Virus record (IMG/VR): IMGVR_UViG_3300033553_000052
Location: 1,205-65,204 of that record
DNA: 64,000 bases
Origin: a virus
Lineage: Duplodnaviria > Caudoviricetes
Strand: one strand, 5' to 3'
Shown here: positions 35,114 through 43,678 of the stretch, one piece after another
Layout: every line of letters begins with the position of its first letter
Numbering within the stretch: the first letter of the stretch is position 1
Position numbers and translations under genes: made by a program
The notes under the pieces: model-generated
Databases searched by the model: none
What the model was told of the DNA's origin: nothing
Seen by the model: the letters and a program-made list of their open reading frames with translations, nothing else

Positions 35114-35272
35114 CAATGTTGGTCACGGTATGGCCCGGCAATGGCTGGGGGAATCTCGATTCTAACGGCCCTTTATTGTTGGGGTGGCTGGTTGCACCTA
35201 TCCGGGTCCAGAATCTAGCCAGCGCGGCGCTGGTGGCCAGCCGCAGGCAACACACGAGGGAAGGGTAGCGCC

Positions 35273-35455
35273 ATGGAACGTGTCACATGTCCGACGTGCG
35301 GCAAACTGGTAACGGCAATGAGGCTTGAACTTAACGACGTTACCGGAAGTGTCACCTACTCATGTGGTGATGTCTACACATTCGACGCAACAAGTCCCCC
35401 GAGGATGAAGAACAACAAGACACCAAAGAAGAGTCACGACATACGGATATACTAG
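35273..35455 (+). CDS. small zinc-ribbon protein
   Basis: CPTCG...SCG; GAAGGG RBS. Confidence 0.65.
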   Translation: MERVTCPTCGKLVTAMRLELNDVTGSVTYSCGDVYTFDATSPPRMKNNKTPKKSHDIRIY

Positions 35456-35460
35456 AAGAG

Positions 35461-35500
35461 CAAAAGGCGCGACCCAATCCAACGGGCCGCGCCTTTTCTC
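35461..35500. terminator. bidirectional intrinsic terminator between early and late arms
   Basis: AAAAGGCGCG...CGCGCCTTTT with T-tracts on both strands. Confidence 0.85.
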
Positions 35501-35503
35501 TGT

Positions 35504-35923
35504 CTACTGCATTTCCACAAGTGGTGGCGGAGGTGCAACTGTTACTCCAAGCTTTTCTAACTGCTCTACGAGCATCCTGTCATACTCAAGGTGGGCGTAG
35601 ATCTGGTGATTGTAAAGCTCCATCTGATCTCCGCGCTTGTTCTCGATGAGCTCAAGATCGGACACCCTGTTGCGCATGTGTTCGAGATTAAGGTTAAGCC
35701 TTTTGTTTTCATCTTCGAGCCGCTGAACTATTCCTCCGGCAGCCTGACTGATGATATTTGTAGCCTCGGCGCTCAACTTCCTTCTGTTCACCATGGCTGT
35801 AATGATGGCAACAATCACTGCCGTGATGCCAGATGAGCTGATAAGTAAGATGAGCGTACTGATGTTATTCTGCGACTCCGCTATAGCCGAGTTCGCCGCC
35901 ATGATTACCATTGGCAATAGCAC
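35504..35923 (-). CDS. lysis-cassette membrane protein (1 TM + coiled coil)
   Basis: TM ILLISSSGITAVIVAII then heptad repeats; last gene of lysis cassette. Confidence 0.7.
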   Translation of the reverse strand: MLLPMVIMAANSAIAESQNNISTLILLISSSGITAVIVAIITAMVNRRKLSAEATNIISQAAGGIVQRLEDENKRLNLNLEHMRNRVSDLELIENKRGDQMELYNHQIYAHLEYDRMLVEQLEKLGVTVAPPPPLVEMQ

Positions 35924-35926
35924 GCT

Positions 35927-36361
35927 CTACTCACCAATCCTTTCGGTTATATTACCGCCGCGCTTTATTACAGCCCTGACTACTACTTCGATTCTTACCC
36001 ACTGTATTAGGCACGCAACCCCAAGCATGGTAAAAAGAAAGGCTATTGGGAAATACGATTCATGGGCAAGTATCAACATTATAGCAGCGTTTGTCCAGCA
36101 CAGCGCCGATAGGGTAATGAGCCCAACTTGTTCAAGGAGTAGGCCGGTACTTCTTTTTTCCATCCTCACGCCCACTAAGGTCAGGATGGAACCAAGTGCG
36201 AATGCAACTCCCCATGGGATATTAAACCAGGTAGGAATGTTCTCGCTTATCTCTTTCGGCCACAAGACGCCGAACACAGATGCACCGCCAACAACGACAG
36301 AGCCAAGCATGGCGATCACCTCGAACGGGTGCCTACCAGAGTTAACTACTCTTGGCTCCAT
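35927..36361 (-). CDS. lysis-cassette 4-TM membrane protein
   Basis: Four hydrophobic segments. Confidence 0.75.
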   Translation of the reverse strand: MEPRVVNSGRHPFEVIAMLGSVVVGGASVFGVLWPKEISENIPTWFNIPWGVAFALGSILTLVGVRMEKRSTGLLLEQVGLITLSALCWTNAAIMLILAHESYFPIAFLFTMLGVACLIQWVRIEVVVRAVIKRGGNITERIGE

Positions 36362-36786
36362 TTCTGCTCCTGCGTGTCTGACTCCCGATACGCCACACCG
36401 AGTAGTGCGAATAGTACGGACAGTGCGATGTAGGTAAATATCGCCGTGAGTGCAGTCGCTTCGTTAATGACAGCGCCAATCATAAAGCAGATGGCAAAGA
36501 ACGCAGACCACGCTGACGACAAGAACATTCCAATGACGACCAGCTGAAGTCTTCCAGATATCGAGCCAACGATAGATAAAGTTCCGGCGACGGCAATAAC
36601 GATGCCCCATGTTGCCGGAGAGCCAGGCACCCTAAGTGCGACTTCGAGCGAGTTTCCCGACCAGCGGGTAGTCCCTCCGGCAATAATAAAGGTGCCCTGG
36701 ACGATACCGTAAACGGCGAGCACTCGAACAAACGACTGCACTATCCATTGCGATAGCCTTGGGTAAAGCCTGAGCTCCTTCTGCAT
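36346..36786 (-). CDS. lysis-cassette 4-TM membrane protein
   Basis: Four hydrophobic segments; AGGA RBS. Confidence 0.75.
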   Translation of the reverse strand: MQKELRLYPRLSQWIVQSFVRVLAVYGIVQGTFIIAGGTTRWSGNSLEVALRVPGSPATWGIVIAVAGTLSIVGSISGRLQLVVIGMFLSSAWSAFFAICFMIGAVINEATALTAIFTYIALSVLFALLGVAYRESDTQEQKWSQE

Positions 36787-36823
36787 GAGACGGATTTCCT
36801 GTCCTTGTGAGTTAGGGGATTAC

Positions 36824-37123
36824 CTACGGAGTGTTCGGAAGCGGGCTGGTGGCGTTCTCAATCATAGGAGCAACGCCGGTGGGCTTCCACAGCGTCTCGT
36901 ATGCGAACGTACTCACTGTGATAACCAGGATGACGTCCTGATACCAGTTGCCAGTGAAGCCGTTGGTGCCCATGATGGTAACGAGGGCGACCACGATAGA
37001 GATCAGCACGCTGATGAGAATGCGAAGCCAGCGAGAGAACCTCGGCTGGTTAATGAGGGCCGTAATGGCTGGCGCAAAGAGCGAACCAGTCAACACAAGG
37101 ATAACAAACTCGGACGATTCCAT
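36824..37123 (-). CDS. holin
   Basis: 3 TM; ALINQPRFSRWLR...LWKPTGVAP.IE..TS actinophage holin-like pattern; follows endolysin. Confidence 0.75.
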   Translation of the reverse strand: MESSEFVILVLTGSLFAPAITALINQPRFSRWLRILISVLISIVVALVTIMGTNGFTGNWYQDVILVITVSTFAYETLWKPTGVAPMIENATSPLPNTP

Positions 37124-37167
37124 CTTGTTCCTCCTAGAACTTTCTTGTTGTTGTTGTTCAAGGTAAC

Positions 37168-37228
37168 AATCTACCAGCGCCAGCCATGGGTGGCAAGCCG
37201 CCCATTATGCAACAATGGCGCTGGTAGA
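37168..37228 (-). promoter_or_regulatory. hairpin with embedded promoter between endolysin and holin
   Basis: TCTACCAGCGCCA/TGGCGCTGGTAGA stem; minus-strand TTGCCA(37196)-17-TAGATT(37173) with TG extension. Confidence 0.55.
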
Positions 37229-37243
37229 CTGTCGCCTTATGGA

Positions 37244-38803
37244 TTACACGTAGAACACATAGTCCTCACGAAGGCCAACTTGGAGGTCCACGTGGCTGAC
37301 CTCGCCAGACCACTTGCGAACTTCGATGCCGTGGAAGCCTCGTCCCTTGAAGAACTCGGGGCCACGGTTCGCGTCGAAGTCGGCTGCTAGTCCATCCATG
37401 TGGGCGGAGTTTGAGGTGCCGCCAATCTTGGTGTTGTAAGTCGGGTCACGGTAGCCCGAGACAATGCTGATACCGTTGGGGTATCCGTCTGCGCGAACCT
37501 TCTCCAGCTTGCGAACAAGAGCGCCATGAACCTGTGACACCTTGCACCCTGCGTTACTGCCGCCGCACGGGCAACGGAACTCGGAGAGTGCGAAGTGTGG
37601 CGAGATGCGGTAGCCGTTCTTGACGGCGATATCTGCATCCTTGGTAGTCAATTCGCCGAACACTCCGTCAACTCCGATTCCCAGCCATGTCGAGGCTTCC
37701 TGCCATCGGATCGTTGACTCCCGACGCTTGGCGGCAGTTCCAGAACGAAGACCGACCGCCTTGAAGAATGCGTCCTGCTCGGCGGTGGTGTAGATCTTGG
37801 GTGCCGGAGTGGGCGGAGGAACGACCACAGGAGGATTCAAGAGCTTCACGAGTTCGGCTCGTGCCTTAGTAAGCGTGAGCGGCCCGACAGCGCCATCTGG
37901 TTCCAGCCCGAACTTCACCTGGAACATTTTAGTGCGGGAGTCTGTGGCGATGCCAAAGTCTTCATCGACAGTCAGGCCCTCGATGCTCGGTGCGAACACG
38001 GGTAGCAGTTCATTGAGGAGCTCCTGCCATTCCCCCACGTCGGCGCCAGTTGCACCCTTCATGAGTACCCTATCACCAAGAACCAGGACGGGCTTCTCGG
38101 AACCGTACAGTGGTCGGACGAAGCCGACGACTCCGGTCTGACGGAAGCGACGTGCCACAGAGTCAGAGGTGTTGCCCTCGATTGTCGTGATGTAGCCTTG
38201 TGCGTTCACGCCCTCTTCAACGAAGCCGACGTGGGCGACAGGAGGCTCTCCTCGACCGGCTGGCGACACACCGTCCCACATAAAGAAGACGAGGTCACCA
38301 GGCTTGGCTGCTGCCACACTGGTAAAGAATGCCGCCTTGCTCTGTCCCCATGCCACTCCGGAAGGCGTCCAGGCAGTCCAGGGGAAATCAGTTCCCTTGG
38401 TCAGTCCCGCCTCGGCCAGTACCACGGAGGTGAACATCGCACACCAGGCGCCAGTCGGATTATTGAAGATGCGACCGAACTCCGTCTCGCCGTTCGCATC
38501 TTCCTTGACTCCAATGTAAGAGCGAGCAATTCTCAGTACGTCTGCGATCTTGGTGTCCGCGGGAAGCTCTGGAACATCTGGATCATTCGGAAGCTCCGGC
38601 TCGTTACCAGTCTCGATCGGGTCTGGCTCCGGCACTGGAACGGGTACTGGGTCGGGGTCTGGCACGGGAGTTGGTACGGGTACAGGTTCTGGAACAGGTA
38701 CAGGTACGGGGTCAGTAACAATCACCTTAATCCCGCCCGGCGTGAAGATCCCCTTAAGGAATGCACTCAGCGCCCTAATGAACTTAACGAGTAACTCGGT
38801 CAT
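37244..38803 (-). CDS. endolysin: CHAP + peptidoglycan-binding + M15 peptidase
   Basis: WCAMF...HVGFVE...IEGNT (CHAP); DFG..T...FQ...GL..DGAVGP.T (PG-binding); FALSEFRC...SGYR...NSAH..GLAAD (M15); N-terminal PV repeats. Confidence 0.9.
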   Translation of the reverse strand: MTELLVKFIRALSAFLKGIFTPGGIKVIVTDPVPVPVPEPVPVPTPVPDPDPVPVPVPEPDPIETGNEPELPNDPDVPELPADTKIADVLRIARSYIGVKEDANGETEFGRIFNNPTGAWCAMFTSVVLAEAGLTKGTDFPWTAWTPSGVAWGQSKAAFFTSVAAAKPGDLVFFMWDGVSPAGRGEPPVAHVGFVEEGVNAQGYITTIEGNTSDSVARRFRQTGVVGFVRPLYGSEKPVLVLGDRVLMKGATGADVGEWQELLNELLPVFAPSIEGLTVDEDFGIATDSRTKMFQVKFGLEPDGAVGPLTLTKARAELVKLLNPPVVVPPPTPAPKIYTTAEQDAFFKAVGLRSGTAAKRRESTIRWQEASTWLGIGVDGVFGELTTKDADIAVKNGYRISPHFALSEFRCPCGGSNAGCKVSQVHGALVRKLEKVRADGYPNGISIVSGYRDPTYNTKIGGTSNSAHMDGLAADFDANRGPEFFKGRGFHGIEVRKWSGEVSHVDLQVGLREDYVFYV

Positions 38804-38824
38804 GATCTCTCCTATTGGTGGCGA

Positions 38825-39151
38825 CTACGCGCCAGTGTTGGTGCTGTCGGTCATGCCAGACATCAGCCTGGCAATACGGATCAGGTTCCGCTCTACCTCA
38901 ATCACCTCGCGCACGATTGCCTTCATGTAAACGGCAGGGTTGGCGTTGATCTGAGCGTTCGTGGCCGTGGTGCCATCGGCAAAGTCCCGCAGGACTTGGA
39001 TGCCGTCGATCATCGTGAGAATCGACGCTCGTGTGCTGTCTTGCAGGCTAGTGATTCTCGCCTCATCCGGCATTGGGTCCTCGGCATAGGGTCGCGGCGT
39101 GTCGTCCGTGAACACGGGGACCACGGAATCTTCAGGCGTAATATCTGTCAT
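38825..39151 (-). CDS. hypothetical (tail-associated) protein
   Basis: ATGA coupling to minor tail gene. Confidence 0.7.
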   Translation of the reverse strand: MTDITPEDSVVPVFTDDTPRPYAEDPMPDEARITSLQDSTRASILTMIDGIQVLRDFADGTTATNAQINANPAVYMKAIVREVIEVERNLIRIARLMSGMTDSTNTGA

Positions 39152-40233
39152 GAGATCTTCCTTATTTTCAAGAAGCCGGACATTGCTATTCCTGCGATGA
39201 TTGATATTCCGTCATGTGCGGTCGCTGGAGTGTGCGTTCCCGTCTCCTGCCAGTTAAACAAGGCGTATGCGTAGCAGTTCACGGCCACGATTGAGCTGTA
39301 GGAAGTACGGGCGGCAGTGGCGGGTCGTGAGATTCGAGCAACAAGATATGAATCGACTGCCGTGCCGCCACCGGAAGGCGACCAAAAAAGCATCGAATCT
39401 ACGTTGTCCTGATATGACCTGAGAGGCCCGTTAGTGTCAGAACTGTACTGGGTCACCCGGTAGTAGGTGGTAATTGTGTCCACACCCGCTTTGCGTAGGC
39501 GGCTGTATATCGTTGACCCGGCAGTGGTGTTGATATGCCCAACTATTTCATAGTCATCTCCACCAAGACCATCAAATATTCCATTGAGCGAAATGGCGGT
39601 GCAGCCAGAGAACGTTACTGTGCCGTCAGCTGCAACACTCGCGGAACCCCCGGAAACCTGCACGGACGAGGGGATTACGCCAGAGATAGCGGCATCAACC
39701 GCGCTCTTCAGTCCTTCCGGAGTTACGGCGCGCGTAGTGTCTGTGCCAGCAAGGGCTTCTGCGTTGGTGGCCGTTTCGATAGTGCCCTTGGCTGTAGTGC
39801 TCGACGCTGGCAGGCGTGCCGTGGCAATCGTTCCCGCTGTAATCTTGCTTCCGTTTAGGTTTGGGATACGGGCGTCAGCAAGGACACCAGTCGTTATGTC
39901 GTTGCCGTCCCAGACCTTATCGTCAACGTACTGCTTATTGGCAACGCCAGTCCCGTCCCAGGACTTGATGTCTGCAATGAACTTGTCAGTCTTGATACCG
40001 TCAACTCGTACCACATCGCCGATACTCAGTAGTGAAGCGAAGTGACCAGTGTTAACCGTGACCGGATCAACCTCGCCGGTAAAGATAACATCTGCTTTGA
40101 AGTTAACTGCATCAACAGAATCAACCGTAGCGTACTGATACCTCGGTCGTATCTTCTGCAACGTGTCTTTAACAATGTCCTCAATGACATCACGCATCTT
40201 CATCGAGAACGACAAGTCCTTCATGTCGGCCAT
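39148..40233 (-). CDS. minor tail / fibre protein
   Basis: ITTGVL..ARIP / ITAGTI..ARLP repeats; G.IETATNAEA..GTD..RAVTP fibre motif. Confidence 0.8.
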   Translation of the reverse strand: MADMKDLSFSMKMRDVIEDIVKDTLQKIRPRYQYATVDSVDAVNFKADVIFTGEVDPVTVNTGHFASLLSIGDVVRVDGIKTDKFIADIKSWDGTGVANKQYVDDKVWDGNDITTGVLADARIPNLNGSKITAGTIATARLPASSTTAKGTIETATNAEALAGTDTTRAVTPEGLKSAVDAAISGVIPSSVQVSGGSASVAADGTVTFSGCTAISLNGIFDGLGGDDYEIVGHINTTAGSTIYSRLRKAGVDTITTYYRVTQYSSDTNGPLRSYQDNVDSMLFWSPSGGGTAVDSYLVARISRPATAARTSYSSIVAVNCYAYALFNWQETGTHTPATAHDGISIIAGIAMSGFLKIRKIS

Positions 40234-40237
40234 GTCC

Positions 40238-43200
40238 CTACCCTACCACGGTGATACGTTTGCCCACACTTGACATTTGTCCGAGGCCAAGGGGGATGGT
40301 CAATGAAGAGAGGAGGAATGTAGTCGGGTCGCCGCCGTTGTCGATAGTCTCAACGCTGTCTGTGAACCCAATGATCTCGCCAACGTCGAGCCACGGAAGC
40401 AATAGCGAGGCGAATGAAATCTCAAACTCTTCAAGAGAGTGCACTGCTAAGAAGCTGTCGGCTACCGCTTGCGCCTGAATGTCTGTCTGAATAAACGAAC
40501 TAACGTACTGGTAAAGCCTATCGCCGATCTTGTCTACCGACGTAGGCGAGTTAATGTCGGTGTTAATTGCTTCGCCTGATGCTGGAAGAACTGAAGCGTC
40601 AGAAGAATCGCCCGTTACAATAACGTGATTATACAAGCGCGAATCTGATGTGGACTTCTCCCAACTAACGAGCTGACCTTCAGGTCCTGGGTGGATGACA
40701 ATGGACGGAGACGTCAAGGCAGGATCGTTGTACTGGCGCATCACGAGGTAGCCGTACGGATCGAAGTAGATCTCGTAGTCGTACGAGTCTGCTATGTCCT
40801 TGATAGCATCCCAGCGAGTAACGCCGCGCTCGTAGAAGAATGATCTGTTTACGGTGATGCCGGTTGCGGGAAGGTTGCGCCTAGTAATTCCTGCTGCGCC
40901 CGCGATAGAGGCGATAACAGATTCAAGGGCTAGTCCGGTAGTAAACTGTGTAGCGTATGCGAACTTAGAGTTCAGGCACTTCTTGGTGTAGTCCCTGCCG
41001 GTAAGCTTTACCGTGTGAGGGAAACTTGAGTCCGTGATCCTGTCGATCATGAACTCGCCGATCTGAGTTTCCCAAGTGGTAATCGGTTCGTAACTGTCTA
41101 GCCAGGTAATAGATGACTTTAGAAGATTCACGAATTGTGGATCTGCGTATGAAGACTTCTGTCCCTGGAAGGTTAGGGCGACAAGTCTTCCGCCTGTTGC
41201 AACGTCAGATATAACGCCGCCGAGTGCCTTTGCTGGATCGGAGACGCCTTCTGCGATACGCGACCATCGGGGGTCTGTGATCGTGTACTCTTTTGTGCCG
41301 GAGGTAACTAGAGTACTTGTTGAGGCGTTAGCGCCAGCGGTCCAGGCGTAGGTGTTCTGGTCGTTGACTGTACTGCCGTCAAAGTAGTCGCCCGAGTAGT
41401 CGCCCTCGACCAGCAGAATGTCGTCCCACCACACGTCAGAGCCGCCACCACCGTCGCCGTTCTGGATGCGAATGAATGTCGTGCCGGTGGCGTCGGCTGG
41501 CACGGTGAACGTGCCCCTGACGAACCACTCACCCGCCGCATTTTCGGGCACATCGCTGTACGTGACGCTCGGCTCGTTCTGCCCTCCTGGGGTGTTGAAC
41601 GCGACACGGAACTTGCGCCAGTTACCTGCATAACCAGCGGTCAACCCCTGCTCGGCGCGCACCGTCCCCATCATTGTGAACGTCTTACCAGCAACGCTCG
41701 CGGGCATCGTCACAGGAACCGAGTGGAACGTATCAGACGAGTTTGAGAGTGCTCGCATACGGATGGACTTGCCGCCCGACGTTGACCAGTGAGACGACTG
41801 CCAGGTGACCCGACCTGGTGCGGGGCCTGACGGTCCACCGGGTACGCCTGGCGCTGTCAGCACACTCGCACTGGCGTTCGCGGTCCCGACCCACGACTGC
41901 GTCAGGTCCCCGTCGTACAGGTACGAGGGCGAGGCGTTCGCGGTGCCCTCCCACGCGGGCAGGTAGCCCTGGGTGGGGGACGTGGAGCCGTCGAAGTAGG
42001 TGCCTACAGTAGAGCCAAGTTCAACAATCGGGCCAGCAAGCGCATAATCCGCTCCAGAGGCACCGTTGTAAGTAGTGAGCAAGATTGCCCAGTTACCCGT
42101 TGAGCCGGGAGTGAAGGTCAGGGAGACTTTCTGCCACCCGACAACAGAGGTGAATACTGCGGATTGCGGGGCGTAGGTAGCAAGCGCGCCGAGACTGACG
42201 CGAATCTGTAGCCCGGTCTCAACGGCGGAGGTATACACCCAGATAGACAACGTGTAGATGACACCCCCAGTGAGCGCCATTGAGGTTCCGGCGTCCCGAC
42301 AGCCCCATATTGCAGTGATCCCGGTGAGTGTGCGTCGTCCCCAGAACGACGGCAAGTTATCCGGGGCGGGGACGAGCACGCCAGGGTTGGTCATGTTGGG
42401 GTGACGTTGCCACGACGCGCCAGTTACGTCGGGCTGACCCACCAGGTTCCTCCGCACCTTGGGCGGGGTCGTGCCGTCGAAGTAGGTGTTGACGGTGGAG
42501 GAGGCCTCGATCAGCACCCTGTCGAGTCGGAGGACGGTGACAGATGCGCCGGTCCCGTTCCTCCACACGTCAAAGTAACTCGTGCCAGGGGTTGCCGAGG
42601 AAGCCCAGGTGACGGACACGCGAGTGGTCTGCCCAACGACGAGGCCCGAAATGGTGAGGTTAGCCCTCGTGCCAGCCGCGTCTGCGGTACGCAGTATCAA
42701 CGTCGAGAGGTCACCGCTAACGGGGGTGATGTCGATGGAGGCGGTGTGCGTTGTGCTCCCAGCGAGTGTTACCGGGTAGTTGACGCCAGACTGGTTTGTC
42801 GTCTGTAGGGTCAGTTCGCCAGCCGCTACGCCCTGAGTAATGCCAGAGCCAGTTGTGACGCGCGTGATGGTCCCGCCAGCGTTAGCAACCCACCCTGTCG
42901 TGTTCGTCTCGAAAGATGGATTCTGAACGAGGTTCCGGCGCACTTCCACCGTGCCGCTGGCCGTCTCAAACGACGGGTTCGTGAACAGGTTGGTGAGCGA
43001 CTGAACAGTGTTCTGGAAGGGACTCCAACCATTACTTACTAGGTGTGCGGACGTAGGCACTGGGTTAATCATTCCGGTAGCAGAACTTACGCTCGACACT
43101 CCGGTAAGGTTAGCCTCGACCCACCCCGTTGCGTCCTTGCCCTGCAAGAACACTGACTTGCCGGCGTTGTATGCATCCAGTGCGATATCAAGTTGCGTCG

Positions 43201-43678
43201 GAGTTGAGCCACCGAGAAAGACAAAGATATCATATCCACTTACGTCGGCGTAAGCTGTCGCACTTGTCCTGATCGTAACGTCCTTGAACCCTAGCGACGA
43301 CAGGGTTGTGCGGAAGTTGGACGCGATATATCCGTCTGCCGCCAGTGCTTCTTGTTTGTCGCCAATGACAATAATCTTTGGCTGATAGCCAGTCTCGTTA
43401 ACAACCGCCCCACGAAATACCTTGATGATCTTGTCGTACCAGAATGCACCAGGACCAGTGACAAGTCCACCGTCAGAGTTATTAAGCACCAAGTCAAGCG
43501 AACGACGCTCGCCTCGACTGTAGTCGGCATTGACCGATCCATCAACAAGTCTTACCTTGTCATCTCCCGCCCATCTGGTGACCCCATCCTTCTCGTAGAT
43601 CTCCACCCTTCTTGTGTGGTGGGTTACGGGAGCGACAAACTCCCTTACCACTACATCTGGCGGGGTAACGTTGGGCAT
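40238..43678 (-). CDS. minor tail (hub-like) protein with large nested carbohydrate-binding-like insertions
   Basis: DGSV..D...ERRSLDL N-terminus and IGEFMID...GRD...YFDPYG C-terminus separated by ~770 aa with NPSFET/YFDG/W.GTANAS repeats. Confidence 0.8.
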   Translation of the reverse strand: MPNVTPPDVVVREFVAPVTHHTRRVEIYEKDGVTRWAGDDKVRLVDGSVNADYSRGERRSLDLVLNNSDGGLVTGPGAFWYDKIIKVFRGAVVNETGYQPKIIVIGDKQEALAADGYIASNFRTTLSSLGFKDVTIRTSATAYADVSGYDIFVFLGGSTPTQLDIALDAYNAGKSVFLQGKDATGWVEANLTGVSSVSSATGMINPVPTSAHLVSNGWSPFQNTVQSLTNLFTNPSFETASGTVEVRRNLVQNPSFETNTTGWVANAGGTITRVTTGSGITQGVAAGELTLQTTNQSGVNYPVTLAGSTTHTASIDITPVSGDLSTLILRTADAAGTRANLTISGLVVGQTTRVSVTWASSATPGTSYFDVWRNGTGASVTVLRLDRVLIEASSTVNTYFDGTTPPKVRRNLVGQPDVTGASWQRHPNMTNPGVLVPAPDNLPSFWGRRTLTGITAIWGCRDAGTSMALTGGVIYTLSIWVYTSAVETGLQIRVSLGALATYAPQSAVFTSVVGWQKVSLTFTPGSTGNWAILLTTYNGASGADYALAGPIVELGSTVGTYFDGSTSPTQGYLPAWEGTANASPSYLYDGDLTQSWVGTANASASVLTAPGVPGGPSGPAPGRVTWQSSHWSTSGGKSIRMRALSNSSDTFHSVPVTMPASVAGKTFTMMGTVRAEQGLTAGYAGNWRKFRVAFNTPGGQNEPSVTYSDVPENAAGEWFVRGTFTVPADATGTTFIRIQNGDGGGGSDVWWDDILLVEGDYSGDYFDGSTVNDQNTYAWTAGANASTSTLVTSGTKEYTITDPRWSRIAEGVSDPAKALGGVISDVATGGRLVALTFQGQKSSYADPQFVNLLKSSITWLDSYEPITTWETQIGEFMIDRITDSSFPHTVKLTGRDYTKKCLNSKFAYATQFTTGLALESVIASIAGAAGITRRNLPATGITVNRSFFYERGVTRWDAIKDIADSYDYEIYFDPYGYLVMRQYNDPALTSPSIVIHPGPEGQLVSWEKSTSDSRLYNHVIVTGDSSDASVLPASGEAINTDINSPTSVDKIGDRLYQYVSSFIQTDIQAQAVADSFLAVHSLEEFEISFASLLLPWLDVGEIIGFTDSVETIDNGGDPTTFLLSSLTIPLGLGQMSSVGKRITVVG

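Noticed and set aside
39148-43678. Diversity-generating retroelement acting on tail genes
   Set aside because: No reverse transcriptase and no template/variable repeat pair differing at adenines was seen
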